Assembly (NCBI GenBank): GCA_002269645.1
Contig: NIVC01002716.1
Span: 1-64,000, forward strand
Reading direction: 5' to 3'
DNA length: 64,000 bases
Source: Macrostomum lignano
Lineage: Eukaryota
The notes under the pieces were generated by a model, which saw only the letters and a program-made list of their open reading frames with translations, did not search any database and was not told the DNA's origin. How positions within the stretch are numbered: the stretch's first letter is position 1; each line of letters opens with the position of its first letter. This document shows positions 60,920 to 64,000 of this stretch, in pieces. The translations under genes and the position numbers were made by a program.

Positions 60920-63703
60920 CTATCTATGCATGCACTATTCAATTTCCTAACCTAGGCTATAGAGTATATAAAACATGCATATAAATCAAGCATTTTAAAA
61001 TACAAGTTAAATGAAGAAATAATGATATTTTATAATAAATTTTCTACAATAAGTTATATGCGACATATACCAAGTCCAAGGACCTGCAACCATGCAATGT
61101 CTATTGTGATATCTATCTCAAATGCATCAGTGACACGGTGACACCTTGTGAATACCAGATTTATTTAAGGGAAAAGGCCACCTACAATAACTAAATACAA
61201 TATAGCCTATCATTGCTATATTAAAATGGCTTATCAAGATCTAAAATTAGGAAAAGGCCTATAGTATAGGCTATAGAGAAAAGTCATACTAGACTTCCAC
61301 TTAGAGACTTGGAATGTCTCCAATGTCTCCACTTAGAGCATTACAGTGACTTTAGCCAATGGATCAAACAATGAAGCTAATATATTATATTAATTAGCTA
61401 AAAATTTAAAATATTATATCAAAAATTAAAATGATTGTTTAATTTACCTATCGTATAAAATTTGCAACTTTCTTAATTTTCTAAAATTGTTCTATTGCCT
61501 TGCTATATAATCTTAATAATATACTTTAGGCCTATTGTTTACTTAATTGACTCAAGAGTCAAGAGTCAATATAAAAAGTCAAGAGGTAAAATAAGAAAGA
61601 GAGAAGAGAGTGGAATTAGATAGAAAGAAGAGGGATAAAAATAGCTCTAGGACTGATAGGTCTGTAGGTAAGAAAGTAAGCCACCCCCTTCCTTATTCTC
61701 TCTCTACCCAAAACCCTAATCCAGTACGTCGACGGTCGACAAGCGATAAATGCATAGTTCTCTGTAAGTTAAAAATGATTGTTGTACGTCGAAACATTTT
61801 CTTTGAAACTAGAGCATCATAACAAAACTCTAAGAAAATGAAATCTTTCGCGTTTTAATAACAAAAATAAAAAAATCACATCAGTTGATTTTAAAACTTT
61901 AGTGACCATGTTAGCTTTGAAATATAATAGGAAATAAACGCGGAGATGAAACCGGAATTATTATGTATTATTTGATACATTAATTAAATGTTTTGTGGTT
62001 AAGTAGAAGATTCAGCATCACATGCCTTTTGGGAGCTATTTTAATATTTTTCCCCCGTAACCCTAGTGGCCCTCGTGATTTACGAGTACCCGAATAACTG
62101 CCTCAAAAGCAAATTTATATAATCTCATTCTCATATAAAACATGGATAAACATTTTACCATTTTACCATTTTGAATAATTCCAAATATAATCTTGGAGAA
62201 CGCATATAATGTCTAGGAAATGTTTAAATATATGTTTTATTGAATACAATTGTTATGTAAGTCGTTAATAAAAATTCATTTTATATAATATATGTTACTA
62301 ACGATTACGTTGAACATTTGACGAAAGGACAGCTATCTTGTCTTATGGCTTAAGCATTGCAATATTAGTGCACTTCGACAGAAAATCAGATAATTAATGT
62401 ACGATCCGTCCGATAAAAGTAATCCTAAATTGTTGGAATGCATGTACGGTGGTTCTTCAAAAATATTATGCAATGTCAAACTTTCACGACTACGATTTGT
62501 GTGCTTACATGTACATGCATCTTGTACAGCTGCATGGTTACTACGAGTTCAGAGCTTCTGGTTATTATAGCGCTGTTGTCTAAATGTCATGATTTGGCCA
62601 GCCTCCTCATGCCCCCATGCACTATCCATTTGTCTGTAGCGCTGGCTACCAAAAGATAAAGATGATTAATTAAGTTGAGCGAAAGGTTAAATTACCTCGG
62701 CTGGGGGGCGATCGCGTCTATTTAATAAAAATAAAGTACAGTTAGTTTGGGGCGGAAACCGAAAGTTGGAGTTTGGGTCATAGACAACCTAGCTTGTGGG
62801 CACTCAAAAGAAAGTACTTTTATTACGCAAGGACAGTGGGAAACAAGGCGCTACATGTGTATGGCCAGAAGCTATCTTCACCAATAACTCGACCGTGCGG
62901 TAAATTCCATTGTCTGTGATTGATGGGGAAGTCAACGAAGTGAAAAGTGCAACGACAATCAAGCTTATATAAACTGCTACAATTTTTATCTGTTGCTAGC
63001 TAAAGCCTATTAAAGTTGCAAGTTCAATACATTGATGTTTGATACATGAAAATAGTGTAATATGTACCCCGACAATTAAGTTCTGGGTTCTGCAAATAAG
63101 TTATGAGATATATTTAATTTAGAGATTATATGCATGTGCTGCACATGCGAACCGCGAATGCGGCGTTCTGAATAAACGATACATTTATAGATTTATTCGT
63201 CCCTGTATGGTGCCTGCGCATTGCATGCTTCGTGCAGTACACACGGTACGTATCAATTCGATTGAACGAAGTGAGCATCTATACATTTAAAAACACGTTC
63301 GAGATTAATAAATTCTGCTCTGTGAAACAGATTCCGTTCAAACCGCTAAAAACGACTCAAAAATAGATATGATACGCACTCATACTGTACGTGCCTGTGC
63401 ACATGCTAGAAAATTAACAGACGACACCAGATTTTACGTACTGTACGTAAGGGTAAAAAAGCTGGGGGCTTTTGTACACGGCCCATACATGTAGGCCACA
63501 CATGTACACATGTACGTGTACAACTGTACAAATACATGTACATATAAAACTTTTATAGCTCGTACAAGTACAATAAAACCGCGAAAATGGATTTATAAAA
63601 ATATTTGCAGCTCTAAAACTTTTATAAGCTCTTCAAAGCTCTTCAAAGAAGCGGAGAGTGTGCTAATAAGTTTGAAGTTCAATAAGTTAGCCATTACATG
63701 TAT

Positions 63704-64000
63704 TTATTGCTTACGGTATCGTCCAAAGAAGCTGCTGTCAGAGTTCTGCTTCTGTTGCTGCTCTTCCTGCTGCTGCTGTTGCTGCTGCTGAACTTCTTCA
63801 TCAATTCGCAGGTTCAAGCTCTCCCTCAGCTTGGTGCAGTCCGCTTTGTACTTCTCCTTGTCTGCTCTCTCTTGGGCGAAGTCTCGCTCATAGTCTTTTA
63901 AGGTTGACTGCAGCAGATTTTTTGTATCCTCATTTTGTTTCAGCTCCTGCTGAGCCTCCTCAAGCTTCGCCTGCAGCTGGGTCAGCCTGGTCTCAAGTCT
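63704..64000 (-). CDS. 3' part of a coiled-coil protein with a UBAN motif (NEMO/optineurin/TNIP family); not in the ORF track
   Basis: Open 98-aa frame ...LLQSTLKDYERDFAQERADKEKYKADCTKLRESL...; Y-x2-DF-x2-ER-x2-K has the spacing of NEMO Y308/D311/F312/E315/R316/R319. Confidence 0.7.
   Translation of the reverse strand, partial: RLETRLTQLQAKLEEAQQELKQNEDTKNLLQSTLKDYERDFAQERADKEKYKADCTKLRESLNLRIDEEVQQQQQQQQEEQQQKQNSDSSFFGRYRKQ

Overview
Eukaryotic (animal) genomic DNA. GC-rich exons alternate with AT-rich spacers and very many minisatellites. The architecture resembles a free-living flatworm such as Macrostomum, but the species is my inference. Genes reconstructed by eye: a frameshifted C-terminal exon of TRIP11/GMAP-210; a 4-exon divergent nuclear receptor; GRB2; CNOT2; a REX1-B-domain gene; a histone cluster (intact H3 and H2A, two disrupted H2B copies, no H4 or H1); a 9-exon TTC17; and the 3' part of a UBAN-domain (NEMO/OPTN/TNIP-like) coiled-coil gene. 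The long repetitive ORFs in the track are minisatellite artefacts. Four observations stand out. (1) A three-level nest: a 5.87-kb non-autonomous Helitron carrying a tRNA-like unit and two satellites sits inside the left TIR of a CCCG-ended, 3-bp-TSD element, which itself sits in a GA-rich repeat. (2) CpG-void, TpA-rich domains lie at the 5' side of housekeeping genes, and paired repeats there record CG>TG/CA and CA/TG>TA changes. (3) There are nine histone stem-loops for four histone genes. (4) Tandem repeats occur in 12 of 13 reconstructed introns, mostly as families private to one intron. All counts and alignments were made by eye.
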